Assembly: GCA_043228905.1 (NCBI GenBank)
Contig: JBHGNT010000012.1
Location: 18,600,001-18,664,000 of the forward strand
Origin: Azolla caroliniana
Taxonomy: Eukaryota; Plantae; Polypodiophyta
Direction of reading: 5' to 3'
DNA length: 64,000 bases
Shown: piece by piece, positions 62,651 through 64,000 of the stretch
Layout of the letters: every line of letters starts with the position of its first letter
Position numbering within the stretch: the first letter of the stretch is position 1
Program-made: the position numbers and the translations under genes
Notes under the pieces: generated by a model
What the model was told of the DNA's origin: nothing
The model's input: only the letters and a program-made list of their open reading frames with translations
The model's database searches: none

Positions 62651-64000
62651 GTATGATTGCAATACGCTAGTTAATATAATGAAAACCTTGGTTCAAATAA
62701 TCAAAACATGTGTCAAACATATGGATTATGTCGCATTAAAGAACGTGAATAAATATCTTATCATAAATTACATACAAGGTTGTTAATTCAAGAAGTTTCA
62801 TCAACATTGATTTGTAGTTTAAGGATATCTTCACCACAAATCCGTTCTGAATGCGCATCCATTAACTTTTTTAATGGAGCACAATGACCCAATTTCACAT
62901 GGCAATCACCTTCTTCAGTAACATGAAAACATGTATAGCTTAGTTGAGCTACCTTGACATGTGAGTGCATGGAGTGCATGTTAGTCATGGATTGGGGTCA
63001 ATATAAAGAATTCCAATAGACAAAAAGTAGCCCTAAACATGCATAAAGGGGACATGTATGGGCTTTTCCCACTTGCAATCAACTCAAAACGGATCATGTC
63101 ATAGGGTGAGCCATGTAAAAGCTGGTGTAATAAATTTAGCAAAATTGGTTAAGAATGGGATCAACAAAAGTTGACCTTTTATTACAAATAATGGATTGGC
63201 ATGGGATGCCAAGATGTGGCATCAATACTTCATCAAAACATTAGCTAATGTGTTTGAGAAAGGTTCATATTAGATTATGGGCAATGAACATTGGAAGTGT
63301 TTCCACACATGGATAGGTTCAAAATATCACTACCTTTACAAGTAGTACAAAATGACCTTTGGGTGATGATAAAAACAGTTTTAAGTTGATTGCAAATATG
63401 TGAAAATGAGAACCTTATCGAGATCCTTCGTTTACTTATATGATTGTTTTTGGGGAAATAAAGAAAATTTGTGATGTACATCACAAATGTTCTCAAACAA
63501 TTATATCTCATAAAGTTCAGAAAACCCTATTCAAGTTCGTTGGATGTATTTTAGGTGTAGGATATTAAAACTAGTAAAAACTACAATGGTATCTTATCCT
63601 TGCACGATTCTCTCAACAATTACGTTAAAGACTTTCTCCCCCATCTAATATATTATACAACACCACAATTTATGTGAAAGAGAATTTATGACATTTATGT
63701 TGTAAAGTCCATAGCATGACTATTGTGTGACTTGGTAACTAGTAGGATCTTAACAACATATGTGTGTGCTTCTATTTTGATTTTTGTAATGAGACATTAT
63801 ATGCAACGAGTTAAATTCGTGAAGGCTCAAGCTTAATGACAAGAGCCACGTGAAGATTTACCATAGTCGTCACATTAACTATGGTTAAAGAAGGTTTACT
63901 AAGGTGAAGAAGGTAATTGCATGGAACACATTGGAGATAAGAACATTGACTCAAGATCAAGCTAAAAATAGAAGAAGCAAAAATAGAGCAACACAAGATC

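Noticed and set aside
59500-64000. Probable degraded DNA-transposon or retroelement region
   Set aside because: Only short broken ORFs are present and no confident family motif, apart from the LTR-like patch listed as a feature.

Overview
Eukaryotic land-plant nuclear DNA: AT-rich, intron-rich and microsatellite-dense. It is probably a fern or another seed-free vascular plant (inferred from the style of a PLS-type PPR remnant; not certain). I assembled six spliced protein-coding genes by hand, and all close in frame with GT-AG introns: UTP25/DIEXF (+, 24 exons), a PTS2-bearing peroxisomal NAD-malate dehydrogenase (+, 9 exons), tyrosylprotein sulfotransferase TPST (-, 11 exons), a TMEM245-like membrane protein (-, 2 coding exons), a ubiquitin-like + SAYSvFN (SAYSD1) protein (-, 7 exons) and an At1g49730/URK-1-like receptor kinase (-, 7 coding exons). 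The window also holds a decayed PLS-class PPR pseudogene, a clean hAT-type MITE with an 8-bp TSD nested in an LTR-like remnant, a second small MITE family, further LTR-like fragments and many intronic tandem duplications. I found no convincing new multi-gene system. The best leads are: a triplicated exon end plus splice donor and telomere-like minisatellites in the kinase gene; a Pro-rich kinase ectodomain with no signal peptide; a possible PTS2-less MDH isoform; and degenerate tandem repeats in the 5'-proximal intron of five of the six genes. Most short ORFs in the supplied track are exon fragments or noise. Family assignments come from recalled motifs, not database searches.
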